From: an uncultured delta proteobacterium
GTDB taxonomy: Bacteria; Myxococcota_A; Polyangia; Polyangiales; Polyangiaceae
Reading direction: 5' to 3'
Length of the DNA: 64,000 nt
Assembly (NCBI GenBank): GCA_963850305.1
Contig: CAWKKR010000011.1
Coordinates: 398,473-462,472, forward strand
In this document: piece after piece, positions 1-10,944 of the stretch
How positions within the stretch are numbered: the first letter of the stretch is position 1
Layout: each line of letters begins with the position of its first letter
Translations under genes and position numbers: made by a program
The notes under the pieces: model-generated
Database searches by the model: none
What the model was told of the DNA's origin: nothing
The model's input: only the letters and a program-made list of their open reading frames with translations

Positions 1-1306
1 GGTTGCAGGTCTGGCCATTCTCGTAACTGGTGTTGCAGAACCCGTCGCCGCAGTAGCCGCGACAATCGGTCTGACAGCTCCGGGGCGTCTCGGTTCCCGT
101 GCACGCTCCGTCGCCGCAGACGGTGCAATCGTAAGCACAGTTCAGCTGAGTCTCTGCAGCTCCGCACACTCCGTCACCGCAGTAGCCGCAGTCGTAAGCA
201 CAAGACTGCGCGTTCTCCGCGCCCGTGCAACTCCCGTCCCCGCAGATAGGCACGCAATCGGACGGACAGGTTACTGGGTCGCTCGGCCCGCAAAAGAAGT
301 CGTTGCAGACCGAGCAGTCGCGCGGGCACGTCGCGGTGTATTCGCCCGGCTCGCAGACGCCATCGCCGCACCTGGGACCGCAGTCGGAGCAGTTCTGTGC
401 GGTCTCCGCCGCGCCACAAACGCCGTCGCCACAATAACCGCAGTCGTAGGGACAGCTCGCCGGACTCTCGCCGGCTTCGCAGAGGTTGTTGCCGCAGCTG
501 GCGAAGACGCAATCACTCGGGCAGGTGTAAGGGGTCTCACTCGCATCACAGATTCGGTTGCCGCAATTCCCGCAATCGTTCGGACACGTCGCCGACGACT
601 CCGAGGCCTCGCAAATACCATCGAAGTTGCAGGTGCTCGCACAATCCGTGGGGCAGCTGCTCGGCGTTTCTCCGCTCTCGCAAACTCCGTTGAAATCGCA
701 GGAGCCCCCGCAATCCTCGGGACAGGTCTCGAACTCTTGCCCGGCACAGATTCCGTCTCCGCAGATCGTCGGCGCGCAATCCGCGGCACACGTGAGTGAC
801 GTCTCCGGCGGACCGCAGACGTGATCCCCACAAAACCCGCAATCGGGGTTGCAGGAAACAGCGGTCTCGTTGCTTTCGCAAATGCCGTCACCGCAGAATC
901 CGGCGCAGTCTTGGGGGCACGACCCGGGCGACTCATTCGCCTCGCAGATGCCGTCACCGCATGGGCCTTCGCAGTCCGCAGGGCACGTCTTCGACGATTC
1001 GCTACTCTCGCAAACGCCATCGCCGCACGAAGTCGGTCCGCAATCGCGAGGGCAGGTCGCTTTCTCGCCCGGATCGCAATGGCCGTTGCCACACAGATTG
1101 CCGGCGGGACAATCGGCGGGACACGTCTTGGCTGTCTCCGTGGAGTCGCAGATACCGTCGCCGCACACCGAGTCGGGGCCACCATCGCCGAATTCTCGGC
1201 CTGGGCCACCCGGAATCTCGGCACGGCCGCACCCAGCAAGTGCAAACGCGCTCGCGCACAGCGCCATCGACGCAATACCCACCCAGGTCCGATTCCCCGA
1301 AGTCAT
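1..1306 (-). CDS. Cys-rich repeat lipoprotein, 3' end outside the window; absent from the ORF track
   Basis: ATG at 1306 gives MTSGNRTWVGIASMALCASAFALAGC (lipobox), then about 18 repeats of CGDGxCxxxExxxxCPxDC. The frame is open to position 1. Confidence 0.85.
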   Translation of the reverse strand, partial: MTSGNRTWVGIASMALCASAFALAGCGRAEIPGGPGREFGDGGPDSVCGDGICDSTETAKTCPADCPAGNLCGNGHCDPGEKATCPRDCGPTSCGDGVCESSESSKTCPADCEGPCGDGICEANESPGSCPQDCAGFCGDGICESNETAVSCNPDCGFCGDHVCGPPETSLTCAADCAPTICGDGICAGQEFETCPEDCGGSCDFNGVCESGETPSSCPTDCASTCNFDGICEASESSATCPNDCGNCGNRICDASETPYTCPSDCVFASCGNNLCEAGESPASCPYDCGYCGDGVCGAAETAQNCSDCGPRCGDGVCEPGEYTATCPRDCSVCNDFFCGPSDPVTCPSDCVPICGDGSCTGAENAQSCAYDCGYCGDGVCGAAETQLNCAYDCTVCGDGACTGTETPRSCQTDCRGYCGDGFCNTSYENGQTCN

Positions 1307-1534
1307 GCGTTTTGGGATTTCAGCAAGAGGCGGGCCACAGGGCCAACGTTCCTACGTGGGGCCGCTCCCGCTCGGTGCAGCTCTTTCCACGCGTGAGTCG
1401 CACGGAGCCATGTCGAGGGTGAGCCAACTCGCAGGCCCTCCGCAAGTGGCACAGCCACGACAACGGTGTCCGACATCGGCGGCGATGTCCCGGCTAGACG
1501 AGCGTTCAGTGCGCTCGAGCGGGAAGCCCGACGT

Positions 1535-2275
1535 TCAGAGCGCGTCGAGGTCAGTCCGACCGAGATCCTCCACGCCACGACAACGAGCGTCGAAGACGTC
1601 CGCGAGAATCATCGCCGTAGCCTCGGCCTCGGCACGCATGTCCGGGGCGACCCGCGTGAGGTCGAGCACGGAAGTCACGCCGTAATTGGCGATGCCACAA
1701 GGCACGATGAGCCGAAAAAGATCGGTTTCCGGCGAGAGATTCAGAGCAAACCCATGCATCGTTACCCACCGGGACACCCGAACCCCGATGGCGCCGATCT
1801 TCGCGAGCTCGACGGCGTGTTCGGGCCCGGGCCAGGCTTCGATCGACGCGCGATCGACCCAGAGCCCGATCAAGTCCGGCACCGTGCCCGCCGAGATCCC
1901 GTGGCGGAGGACCATGCGGCGCATCGTTTCCGCCAGGTCGCGGACGTAGCGACGGACATCCCGGCGGTCGGGGGAAAGGTCGAAGATCGGATAGGCGACG
2001 AGCTGCCCGGGCGCGTGAAGGGTCACATCCCCGCCCCGGTTCGTCGTGACGACGTCCACTCCGCGTTCGCTCAGCGTCTCCTTATCGAAAAGGACATGGG
2101 ACGGGTCCGCGCCGCGGCCCAGCGTGACGACGGGCGTGTGTTCCAATAGCACTACCGTGTCGACGATGCGTCCCGTGGCGCGCGCCGCGCACAGCCGCTC
2201 CTGCAGTCGAAGGACGGGCTCGTACGGACGCGTTCCGACCCACACCGCTCGAATCTCGCGTCGCGAAGCGATCAC
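1535..2275 (-). CDS. lipB: lipoyl(octanoyl) transferase
   Basis: Motifs LLEHTPVVTLG, RGGDVTLHAPGQLVAYP, KIGAIG, HGFALN and IVPCGI. GTG start overlaps the upstream TGA (GTGA). Confidence 0.95.
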   Translation of the reverse strand: MIASRREIRAVWVGTRPYEPVLRLQERLCAARATGRIVDTVVLLEHTPVVTLGRGADPSHVLFDKETLSERGVDVVTTNRGGDVTLHAPGQLVAYPIFDLSPDRRDVRRYVRDLAETMRRMVLRHGISAGTVPDLIGLWVDRASIEAWPGPEHAVELAKIGAIGVRVSRWVTMHGFALNLSPETDLFRLIVPCGIANYGVTSVLDLTRVAPDMRAEAEATAMILADVFDARCRGVEDLGRTDLDAL

Positions 2276-3771
2276 TCGGGGACTTTCGTCCCGAGCTCGC
2301 GTTGCTCTTCGAGCCATCGGTCGATGCGGTCCGTGAATTCCCCCGCCACACTCGGGTCGAACTGGCTGCCCGAGCACCGGACTATCTCGCTGACCGTCAC
2401 CTCGTGCGGGAGGGCGCGCCGGTACGCACGGTCGCTCGTCATCGCGTCGTAGGTATCGGCGACGGAAATGATGCGGGCGATGAGCGGAATGTCCTCACCC
2501 TTGAGACCGATCGGGTACCCACGGCCGTCCCACCGTTCGTGATGGAGGTGCACGCCGGGGATCACGGGCTCGAGAAATCGGATCGGATCGAGGATCTCGC
2601 GACCGTACGCGGGATGCTTCTTGAAGATCTCGTACTCGTCTTGCGTCAGCTTGCCCGGCTTGTTGAGATTCATGACGCAGCCGATCTTGCCGATGTCGTG
2701 CATGAGCGCGGCGTGACGCACGACCTCGACGAACGGCGGCGCGGCGCCGAGCCATTTGGCGAGAACCGAAGCGTACCGCGAGACGCGCTCCGAATGGCCG
2801 GCCGTGTAACGATCCATCTTGTCGATCGTGCGAGCGAGGCTCTGGATCGTCTGCTGGAAGGTCGACTGAAGGTCCTCGTAGAGTCTCGCGTTGTCAATCG
2901 CGGCAGCGGCCCGCGACGCCACGATGCTGAGGAGCTTTCTCTGTCCCTCGAGGAAGCGCTTCCCTTCCGTCAAGCTGATTGCTGCGATCCAGCCCAGAAG
3001 TCGCTCCCGAGTGCGAAGTGGTACGACGGCAACGCTCGAGACGGGCTTGTCGGGTTGCTCGGCAAAGAACTCGGCTGCTCGCGCACCGTGCTCGACCACG
3101 GGCTCGCCACCGGCGAGCCGGACTTTGAGCTGTACGTCGTCGAAGCGGCCGGCGCTCTCACAATCGTGGAGCGACGGGCCGCGATCCACCTTGCGCTCGA
3201 AGTACCCTCCGGCGCCGTCGTCGAGCCACGTACTCGCGACGTCCGCGTGAACTTCGTGGATCGCGCTGTCGGAAAGGGTCGCGATGACCTCGTCGAGCGA
3301 CAGGCTCGCGGCGATGGCTTCGCTCACCTTGTAGAGGGACAGAGCCTCGCGGAGCCGCAGGTTCTCCGCGGCGAGACGCTGCTTCTCGAGCCCCCGCTGC
3401 ACGATGTGGATGACCTCTTCGACCTTGAACGGCTTCAGGATGTAGTCGTACGCGCCGCGCTTCATCGCGTCGATCGCCGTCTCGACGGTCCCGAACCCGG
3501 TCATGATGATGGTCATCGTGTCCGGGTGCGCCTCGGACACCTCGCGGAGGAGCTCGATCCCGCCCATGCGCGGCATCTTCAGATCGCTGATCACCAGATC
3601 GAAACGCGAGAGCCGAAGTTCGTCGGCGGCCGCGGCGCCGTCCTCGGCCGTTCGCACGACGTACCCTTCCATGACGAGGAAGTCCGCGATGATGTCGCGG
3701 ATGAACTTCTCGTCATCCACCACCAGAATTCGCGCGTGCTCGCCCGAATGGGGCGCGTCGGGCTGCGACAT
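2272..3771 (-). CDS. REC-GAF-HD-GYP response regulator / cyclic dinucleotide phosphodiesterase
   Basis: N-terminal receiver (VVDD, DLKMP, KPF), GAF region, HDIGK and HHERWDGRGYP. Confidence 0.92.
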   Translation of the reverse strand: MSQPDAPHSGEHARILVVDDEKFIRDIIADFLVMEGYVVRTAEDGAAAADELRLSRFDLVISDLKMPRMGGIELLREVSEAHPDTMTIIMTGFGTVETAIDAMKRGAYDYILKPFKVEEVIHIVQRGLEKQRLAAENLRLREALSLYKVSEAIAASLSLDEVIATLSDSAIHEVHADVASTWLDDGAGGYFERKVDRGPSLHDCESAGRFDDVQLKVRLAGGEPVVEHGARAAEFFAEQPDKPVSSVAVVPLRTRERLLGWIAAISLTEGKRFLEGQRKLLSIVASRAAAAIDNARLYEDLQSTFQQTIQSLARTIDKMDRYTAGHSERVSRYASVLAKWLGAAPPFVEVVRHAALMHDIGKIGCVMNLNKPGKLTQDEYEIFKKHPAYGREILDPIRFLEPVIPGVHLHHERWDGRGYPIGLKGEDIPLIARIISVADTYDAMTSDRAYRRALPHEVTVSEIVRCSGSQFDPSVAGEFTDRIDRWLEEQRELGTKVPE

Positions 3772-3809
3772 ACCGGCAAACAGCTTACTCTAGCGAGTCG
3801 CGCGCCGTC

Positions 3810-4403
3810 CTAATGATCTGGCTGCTCGCCTAGCAGGCCCCCGAGTGTGTGGCGAGCGCGGGGATCGTACGACTTCAGGTAAGAGAGATTCAGTGCGTTG
3901 ACGAGCGCGTGCGCGACGAGCGGGCCCAGCAGCGAGCCGGTGAGCTGGAAGATTCCGCCGAAGGCGAGCCCGACTACGGTCGCCCAGGTGACCCAGACCC
4001 AGCGACTTTGGCCGCGGATCTGATGCGCCGCGCCGAATATCAACGACTGCGCGACGATCCCGACGCAGGGCTGCAGCAGACCGCGAAAGAGCATCTCTTC
4101 CCCGAAGGCGCTCAGGGCCGCCATCACCAGAATGGACGACACCGACATCCCACTGGCATACGGCCGGAGCGCGGAGTGCAGCTCTCGTGCCCAGGAGAAC
4201 CGCGTGACGGCCAGACGCGTCGAGAAGGCGACCAATCCGCCGAAGGCAACGCCCCAGAGCAAGCTGTAGACGTGGCGCGCCGCCGGGCCGAGCTCGAGCC
4301 AGGGGTCGGGATAGAGGAACGCGGACTGTCCGCGCCACAGATCGACCAGAACGAGCGCCAGGATCCCCAGGAGGGCGTAGGCGGCGGCACCCCAACGGAG
4401 CAT
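3810..4403 (-). CDS. CPBP (CAAX/Abi) family intramembrane metalloprotease; start uncertain
   Basis: EEMLFRG, FGAAH and HALVN motifs with several hydrophobic helices. Confidence 0.88.
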   Translation of the reverse strand: MLRWGAAAYALLGILALVLVDLWRGQSAFLYPDPWLELGPAARHVYSLLWGVAFGGLVAFSTRLAVTRFSWARELHSALRPYASGMSVSSILVMAALSAFGEEMLFRGLLQPCVGIVAQSLIFGAAHQIRGQSRWVWVTWATVVGLAFGGIFQLTGSLLGPLVAHALVNALNLSYLKSYDPRARHTLGGLLGEQPDH

Positions 4404-4513
4404 CGGGGACGCACTATGACATTTGCCCTCTGTTTTCGCATCGGGTTCCGGGCTTCCTCGGACGTTCATCTCGGGGGAGACAGCGAGGCCGAGCTGTGTA
4501 AAGTCCCGTCACG

Positions 4514-5218
4514 GTGGACGCGCGCGACAACCCCGAGGTCCTGGAGAGGTTCCATCGTTCGCTCGATCTCGTCGACATCGTCGCCCGCCAGATTCGCCGG
4601 ACGATCGGTCAAAGCATCGACCTCGACGATCTGCTGAGCTACGGCCGCGAGGGGCTGCTCGACGCCGCCAGAAAGTACGATCCCGGGCGGGGCGTTCCGT
4701 TTCGTGCTTACGCGAATTTCCGTGTTCGAGGCGCGGTGGTCGATGGAGTTCGGGCAAGTGCCCGACTGCCGCGACGGGTACACGAGCGGCTGCGGGGCCT
4801 CGAAGCGGCGAATCGAGTCTCCGAGGGCGCCTTGGAAGACACGCTGGCTGCGTCGGCGCCGGGTACGAGACACGACGCGGAGCAGGCTCTCGAGAAACAC
4901 CTGGCCTCGCTGGCCACGGCCATCGCTGTCGGCCTCCTTTCCGAGGCCGCTCGCGGCGAGGAGGGGGAGCTCACCACGGTCGACGCGGGACGCAGCCCCG
5001 AGGAGGCGTTGAGCCAAGCCGAGTTGTTCGTGATGGTGCGAGCTGCGATCGATACTCTTCCGGATGAGGAAGCAATACTGGTCCGTCGCCATTACCTGAA
5101 CGGCGAGCGCTTCGACCTGGTCGCCGCCGAACTCGGACTCAGTAAGTCCTGGGCGAGCCGCCTTCACACCCGAGCGATTGGACGCCTCGCGAAACGACTG
5201 CGCGGCGTGGCGGACTGA
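4514..5218 (+). CDS. RNA polymerase sigma factor, FliA/WhiG (sigma28-like) family
   Basis: DDLLSYGREGLLDAARKYDPGRGVPFRAYANFRVRGAVVD and region 4 ELGLSKSWASRLH. Confidence 0.88.
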   Translation: MDARDNPEVLERFHRSLDLVDIVARQIRRTIGQSIDLDDLLSYGREGLLDAARKYDPGRGVPFRAYANFRVRGAVVDGVRASARLPRRVHERLRGLEAANRVSEGALEDTLAASAPGTRHDAEQALEKHLASLATAIAVGLLSEAARGEEGELTTVDAGRSPEEALSQAELFVMVRAAIDTLPDEEAILVRRHYLNGERFDLVAAELGLSKSWASRLHTRAIGRLAKRLRGVAD

Positions 5219-5548
5219 TCAATCGATCTTGCCCGTGTCCGCGCTTGCGTCGCGAGGCGACGCATCGCCCTTTGCCGCGTCCGACATCGCGGCGTCGCCT
5301 GCCTGGCGCTGACCTGAATCTCGCACGACGTCGCTTCCGTCCTCGACACCGGCATCCATCGCGGGCGCGCCACCCGCGCCGTTGCTCTTGCTGGGGTGCC
5401 CCGCGTCGTACGGCGGGGTGATGGCGGTCGCCCCGCCTGCCTGGATGATGCCGTATGTTTTCGGAGAAACCACCTTCGGCGCGGTGCATGCCGAAGGCAG
5501 CGCCGCCAAGGCGGTCGCGAAAGCCCAAAATTTAGCCGGAAGATGCAT
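5219..5548 (-). CDS. small putative lipoprotein with low-complexity DA-rich tail
   Basis: Signal peptide ending LPSAC; fills the gap between the sigma gene and mnmA. Confidence 0.55.
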   Translation of the reverse strand: MHLPAKFWAFATALAALPSACTAPKVVSPKTYGIIQAGGATAITPPYDAGHPSKSNGAGGAPAMDAGVEDGSDVVRDSGQRQAGDAAMSDAAKGDASPRDASADTGKID

Positions 5549-5635
5549 TTTATCTCACGAGGCCGACGGCCTCGTCCCGTAAAGGAAGCGGGGGCATATA
5601 CAGCACACTCCGGGATCCTGGGCTAGTCTGGGACC

Positions 5636-6751
5636 ATGCCGGACCGCGTGCTCGTCGCGATGAGCGGGGGAGTCGATTCTTCCGTCGCGGCAGCGCGTCT
5701 ACGCGCCGAAGGGTGGGACGTGGTCGGGGTCACGTTACACCTCTGGGATTATCCCGACGATGCCCCCGTGAAGGGGAGATGCTGCGCGCCGGAAGACATT
5801 CATGACGCCCGGCGAGTCGCGGATGCCCTCCAGATCCCACATTACGCGTTCGACCGGCGCGAGCTGTTCGAGCGCGAGGTGGTAACGCCGTTCGTGGAGA
5901 GTTACCTGGCCGGAGCGACGCCGAGCCCATGCGTGCGATGCAACCGCGGCGTGAAGATCGAAGAACTCCTCGCACTCGCGGATCGCCTCGGCGCGAGCCG
6001 TGTCGCGACCGGCCACTATGCGCGCGTGGAAACCAGCGAACCGCGGCGCCTGCTCAGGGCACGCGACCCTTCCAAGGATCAGAGCTACTTCTTGTACTCG
6101 CTTCGAGCCGCGCAGCTGGAACGACTGTTATTCCCGCTCGGAGAAACGACGAAGCGCGAGGTCCGGGACGAGGCGCAGCGCCTCGGTCTGCCTGGTGCGA
6201 ACAAAGGGGAAAGCCAGGAACTCTGCTTCGTGCCTACCGGTCGCTACGATGAGCTGGTGCGCTCGCGCGCCGGGAACCGTGTTCGACCAGGCGCGATAGT
6301 CGACGAGAGCGGGCGGGTGGTGGGAAATCACGACGGGATCTTCGGATTCACGATCGGACAGCGGAAGAACCTCGGCGTCGCCGTCGGACATCGCGCATAT
6401 GTCGTCCGACTCGACGCGGAGACGAGCACGGTACACCTCGGTCCGAGGGAGGCGCTGGGAAGCCGCAACGCGATCGTCGACGAGCTCACCCTCGCGCCGG
6501 GCGTTTCGCTGCCCCTGCGCGCAGACGTCGTGGTCCGCTATCGCGCTACCCCGGTGCCGGCGACCATCGTGGGATGCGGCTCGTCGCGCGCGGAGGTACG
6601 GCTCGAGGGAAATGCGACGGTCGTACCCGGGCAGGTGGCGGTTTTTTACGCGGGCGACGCGGTGCTGGGTGGCGGCACGATCACTCATCCCTTCACCCCC
6701 GACCCGCAGCCAAGTTCCTTTTGCCAAAGCGAGATCGAATGCGCGCCGTAG
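5636..6751 (+). CDS. mnmA: tRNA 2-thiouridine(34) synthase
   Basis: SGGVDS PP-loop, PCVRCN, ATGHYA, KDQSYFL, ESQELCF, TIGQRK and PGQ. Confidence 0.96.
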   Translation: MPDRVLVAMSGGVDSSVAAARLRAEGWDVVGVTLHLWDYPDDAPVKGRCCAPEDIHDARRVADALQIPHYAFDRRELFEREVVTPFVESYLAGATPSPCVRCNRGVKIEELLALADRLGASRVATGHYARVETSEPRRLLRARDPSKDQSYFLYSLRAAQLERLLFPLGETTKREVRDEAQRLGLPGANKGESQELCFVPTGRYDELVRSRAGNRVRPGAIVDESGRVVGNHDGIFGFTIGQRKNLGVAVGHRAYVVRLDAETSTVHLGPREALGSRNAIVDELTLAPGVSLPLRADVVVRYRATPVPATIVGCGSSRAEVRLEGNATVVPGQVAVFYAGDAVLGGGTITHPFTPDPQPSSFCQSEIECAP

Positions 6752-7386
6752 CCATCGGTCTCATCGCCCTTCCTTTCGCGGTCGGCGCATGCTCGACGGG
6801 CACGGGAACGGGGAGCGTCACGAGCGATCATCTGGTCGTTTCGGATTGCTGGGACGGCCCGTTCGACCTGAACCCGACGTTCTTTGCGACAGACCCATTC
6901 GAAGACACCCAGCAGATCCGCATTCAACGTGGCGACAACCTGGAAGGTGTCTCGGACGGCGTGCTCATCGTGGTGAACGACGTCGCCGAGATCCGGAAGA
7001 GCGAACTGGGCAAACCGATAGCACTGGGGCTGCCCATCGGCGTCAATCCGCCTGGCTTCCCGGTGCGGGTCTCGGCGGACCCGCCGGAAGTGAGCTTGTC
7101 GCTGTATCTGTACAATACGTGTCACGTGCAGGACGGGGCCGTGTACGCAGTCTCCGGTACCATTACCTTCAACTCACTCTTCAGCGGCGACCGTAACGAA
7201 AACAGCGCAGACAATCGGCTGACGGACGCGGACTTCGAGGCAACCCTCGCCGACCCCAGGAACGGCGTCGTCGTCGCCGACGGGGGGGCCGATACCGTGG
7301 AATACCCGGCGACGCAAACGAGCACTCTCGTGGGGAACTTCCGGTTCTTCTTTCAACGCGGTCAACCCGCACAGCCGTTCCCATGA
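6739..7386 (+). CDS. hypothetical lipoprotein
   Basis: MRAVAIGLIALPFAVGAC lipobox; overlaps the mnmA stop and the next ATG. Confidence 0.75.
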   Translation: MRAVAIGLIALPFAVGACSTGTGTGSVTSDHLVVSDCWDGPFDLNPTFFATDPFEDTQQIRIQRGDNLEGVSDGVLIVVNDVAEIRKSELGKPIALGLPIGVNPPGFPVRVSADPPEVSLSLYLYNTCHVQDGAVYAVSGTITFNSLFSGDRNENSADNRLTDADFEATLADPRNGVVVADGGADTVEYPATQTSTLVGNFRFFFQRGQPAQPFP

Positions 7387-7577
7387 TGACGTTCATAGAC
7401 GGAGCGCTGCGGACCGAGGCAGCGCTTTTTCGCCTGAAATTCGGTTGCGCAGATTGCGCACACTACGCCGCCGAACGACTCGCGTGCGCCGAGGAATATC
7501 CGAACGAAGTACACCGCGACACTCGCATCGAGGCGGCACACTCGATGGAATTCTGCAAGAGCTTCGAGCTCGCGTAA
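7383..7577 (+). CDS. small Cys-rich protein (64 aa, CxxC...C...C)
   Basis: Coupled at both ends (ATGA at 7383, TAATG at 7575-7579); four Cys. Confidence 0.7.
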   Translation: MMTFIDGALRTEAALFRLKFGCADCAHYAAERLACAEEYPNEVHRDTRIEAAHSMEFCKSFELA

Positions 7578-8503
7578 TGCGGTCCCATCCTCCGACACTG
7601 ATCAGAATCGTCGAACGTACTCTCGCGGAAGAGTGCGACCTGAGTCACGGCGAAAAAATTCTCGTGGCGTGCAGCGGCGGAGGCGACTCGATGGCGTTGC
7701 TTCACGTCTTGTCGATACTCTCGTCCCGCTTCGGCGCGACCCTGGAGGTTCACGGCGTGGACCATGGGCTCCGCGCGGAAGCTCGGACGGAGCTCGACCT
7801 CGTCGAAGCGCTCGCGCAGCATCTCGCTATCCCCTTCGGGCGAACCCGGATCGAGGTCGGCGAGGGCGGAAATCTTCAGGCCCGAGCGCGCGAGGGACGA
7901 CGACGCGCGCTCTTGACGGCGGCCGGGCGAACGGGCGCTAGCAGGATCGCGACGGCGCACCACGCCGACGACCGCGCAGAGACTTTCCTGATTCGTCTCC
8001 TGCACGGTGCGCGTCCCGAAGGGCTCGGGGTGCTAGGTCCGGTGGACGGACTGTTCATTCGACCATTGGTTCGCGCTCGAAAAGCCGACGTCGTCCGACA
8101 TCTGCAGCGTCATCACCTGGCATTCGCGTCGGACCCGTCCAATGAAAATCATCGCTTTCTGCGAGTCCGCGTTCGGCACGAGCTCCTGCCGCTCCTCGAG
8201 GCGCTCTCACCGGCAATCGTCCAGCATCTGACGGCGCTCGCCGACGAAGTGGGTTGGGGCCCACCCCCTAGGCTGGTCGACGAGGACGGGCGCCCGATCT
8301 CGCTGCGCCGAGCGCATATTCGCGAGGTTCGGCGAGCAGCAGGGCTCGGGCGCAATGCTCGGATCCGCATTTCCGGGGGCCGCGATGTGGTCGTGGCCCC
8401 CGGGGTTCGTGCAGCCCGGCTAGATGTCGGAAGCCCCGCCGGTGAATCGGTGGGAGCCGTCCGAGCACAGAAGGGGGATGCCAAACCCGGGAAAAGTGGT
8501 TAA
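7577..8503 (+). CDS. tilS: tRNA(Ile)-lysidine synthase, short form
   Basis: [33 protein letters not shown] and DPSN..RVRVR; typical tilS-ftsH synteny. Confidence 0.93.
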   Translation: MRSHPPTLIRIVERTLAEECDLSHGEKILVACSGGGDSMALLHVLSILSSRFGATLEVHGVDHGLRAEARTELDLVEALAQHLAIPFGRTRIEVGEGGNLQARAREGRRRALLTAAGRTGASRIATAHHADDRAETFLIRLLHGARPEGLGVLGPVDGLFIRPLVRARKADVVRHLQRHHLAFASDPSNENHRFLRVRVRHELLPLLEALSPAIVQHLTALADEVGWGPPPRLVDEDGRPISLRRAHIREVRRAAGLGRNARIRISGGRDVVVAPGVRAARLDVGSPAGESVGAVRAQKGDAKPGKSG

Positions 8504-8592
8504 CTGATGCCCGACAGTCGACCGCGCGGGCCGCACAACGCGGACTCCGCCCCCCATCGGGCCGCAGGGTCTCTTGTGCGCCAGAGGTTTTC

Positions 8593-10518
8593 GTGAAGCA
8601 ACCGCATAAGACGCTTCTTCTTTGGGTCGTTCTCATCGTCGCGTTTCTCGCGATCTGGCAGTTCCTGAACGCAGACGGTCCCCAGCGGCAACCGATGGCG
8701 TTCAGCGATTTCGTCACGCTCGTTCGGGCGCCGAAGGATCAGCGCCACGTCGACTCGGTGAAGATCAAGGACCGCGAATACTCCTTCACGATGGTCGCGC
8801 CGAACCAGAAGGGCGTGGAGCGCGGCGTCACCGTCGGACCCCCTGAGTATGCACCCGAGCTTCTCAAGTCCGACGTCAAGGTCGAATACGAGGAAGACGA
8901 GTCGAACCCGTTCCTGACCACGACGCTCACCATCCTCGTCCCGATGGTGTTCCTCCTGGTCATGTTCTACTTGTTCATGCGTCAGCTGCAGGCGGGCGGC
9001 GGCAAAGCCATGAGCTTCGGCAAGAGCCGCGCGCGGCTCTTGAATGAGGCTCAGAACAAGATCACCTTCGCCGACGTCGCTGGAATCGACGAAGCAAAAG
9101 ACGAGGTCGAAGAGATCATCGCGTTCCTCAAGGATCCGAAGAAGTTCCAGAAGCTCGGCGGTCGGATCCCGAAGGGCGTCCTCATGATGGGCCCGCCCGG
9201 CACCGGGAAGACGCTGCTCGCGCGAGCCATCGCGGGCGAAGCAGGTGTCCCGTTCTTCAGCATCTCCGGTTCCGACTTCGTGGAGATGTTCGTCGGCGTG
9301 GGGGCGAGCCGCGTTCGCGATCTGTTCGAACAAGGCAAGAAGCACGCGCCGTGCATCATCTTCATCGATGAGATCGACGCCGTCGGCCGTCACCGTGGGG
9401 CGGGCCTCGGCGGGGGGCACGATGAACGCGAACAGACCCTGAACCAACTCCTCGTCGAGATGGACGGGTTCGAATCGAATGAGGGAGTCATCATCATCGC
9501 AGCGACGAATCGACCCGACGTTCTCGATCCTGCGATTCTCCGGCCGGGTCGCTTCGACCGTAGGATTGTCGTGCCCCGACCGGATGTGCGGGGGCGAGAG
9601 GGCATCCTGGGTGTCCACACGAAGAAGGTGCCCCTCTCAGGCGACGTTCAGCTCGGCATCCTCGCCGCGGGGACGCCCGGTTTCGTGGGAGCGGATCTGG
9701 AGAACCTCGTGAACGAAGCCGCCCTCCTTGCCGCGCGTCAAGACAAGGACGCCGTGGCCATGGTGGACTTCGAACTGGCGAAGGACAAGGTGCTCATGGG
9801 AAGCGAGCGGCGAAGTCTCGTCATGAGCGAGGAGGAACGGCGAGTCTCCGCATGGCACGAAGCCGGGCACACCCTGGTCGGCAAGCTCGTCCAGGGCAAC
9901 GACTCCGTGCACAAGGTTTCGATCATCCCGCGGGGCTCGGCCCTCGGCGTTACGCAGTTCTTACCGCTGGAAGATCGCCATACGATGACCAAGAAGCAGC
10001 TCCTCGCGCGCATCGCGATGGCGCTCGGCGGTCGAGTGGCAGAGGAGCTCGTCTTCGGAGAAATCACCAGCGGTGCCGCAGACGATATCAAGCGAGCAAC
10101 GCGAATGGCGCGGGCCATGATCTGCGAGCTGGGAATGAGCGAAAAGCTCGGACCGCTGGCGTACGGCGAACAGGAAGAGAACGTCTTCCTCGGTCGCGAG
10201 ATCACGCAACGGCGAGAGGATTATTCGGAAGCGACGGCGAAGGAGATCGACGAGGAGATCCGCGCCATCGTCGACGGCCAGTACGAACTGGCGCGGAAGA
10301 CGGTTGCCGAGAACCGCGACAAGCTCGACCGGATCGCCGAGATGCTACTGGAGCGCGAGACGTTGGACTCCGAGGAGATCGCCGCCGCTCTCGACGGGCG
10401 CCCCCTGCCAACGCGCGATCGAGTGATCATCCCGAGCTGGAGCGACAAACGCAACCAGACCAAAGAGAAGAAGCGCCCCGCTAGCATTTTCGGGACGCCG
10501 AAGCCGGCTACCAGCTGA
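8593..10518 (+). CDS. ftsH: ATP-dependent zinc metalloprotease FtsH
   Basis: Two TM helices, [19 protein letters not shown] and HEAGH. Confidence 0.98.
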   Translation: MKQPHKTLLLWVVLIVAFLAIWQFLNADGPQRQPMAFSDFVTLVRAPKDQRHVDSVKIKDREYSFTMVAPNQKGVERGVTVGPPEYAPELLKSDVKVEYEEDESNPFLTTTLTILVPMVFLLVMFYLFMRQLQAGGGKAMSFGKSRARLLNEAQNKITFADVAGIDEAKDEVEEIIAFLKDPKKFQKLGGRIPKGVLMMGPPGTGKTLLARAIAGEAGVPFFSISGSDFVEMFVGVGASRVRDLFEQGKKHAPCIIFIDEIDAVGRHRGAGLGGGHDEREQTLNQLLVEMDGFESNEGVIIIAATNRPDVLDPAILRPGRFDRRIVVPRPDVRGREGILGVHTKKVPLSGDVQLGILAAGTPGFVGADLENLVNEAALLAARQDKDAVAMVDFELAKDKVLMGSERRSLVMSEEERRVSAWHEAGHTLVGKLVQGNDSVHKVSIIPRGSALGVTQFLPLEDRHTMTKKQLLARIAMALGGRVAEELVFGEITSGAADDIKRATRMARAMICELGMSEKLGPLAYGEQEENVFLGREITQRREDYSEATAKEIDEEIRAIVDGQYELARKTVAENRDKLDRIAEMLLERETLDSEEIAAALDGRPLPTRDRVIIPSWSDKRNQTKEKKRPASIFGTPKPATS

Positions 10519-10944
10519 ATCCCGTCCGGAGGCCCCACGCGCGGCGCCAGATGTCCGGACGACCCGATCGAGCGGGCGAGCGAACCTGGCTGAGGACGAA
10601 AGCACCGTCCGTGGCAAATTGTCGTTTCCGTTCGGCGGTCAGGCCAACGGAACCGCCCTTCCGGTCTCCGTAGACTCGGGCACCTCCGCGGTTCGAGCGC
10701 GTCGCGTGCTGCGAGGATGGAGCCCTGGCTCGCCCTTTGCTGTCCCCCCTCGGAGCGAGTGATCGCCACGAGAGCCGACTTTCGGCTGTCGCATCCGAAC
10801 CTGGAGGAGCTGATGATTCGTTCGACACAACCGCTGCCCGAGGCTCCGCCGCCGCGAACTCGGGAGCTTCGGGCCCCGACAATAGGCCGTTCCGAGGCAC
10901 CAAGACATCATCGCAGTGAGGAAGCGCTCGGGCCTTCGAGAGGA

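Noticed and set aside
10585..10660. Hammerhead-like CTGAGGA-C-GAAA and a nearby hairpin after ftsH
   Set aside because: There is no stem II and no convincing stems I/III; the hairpin alone does not support an ncRNA call.
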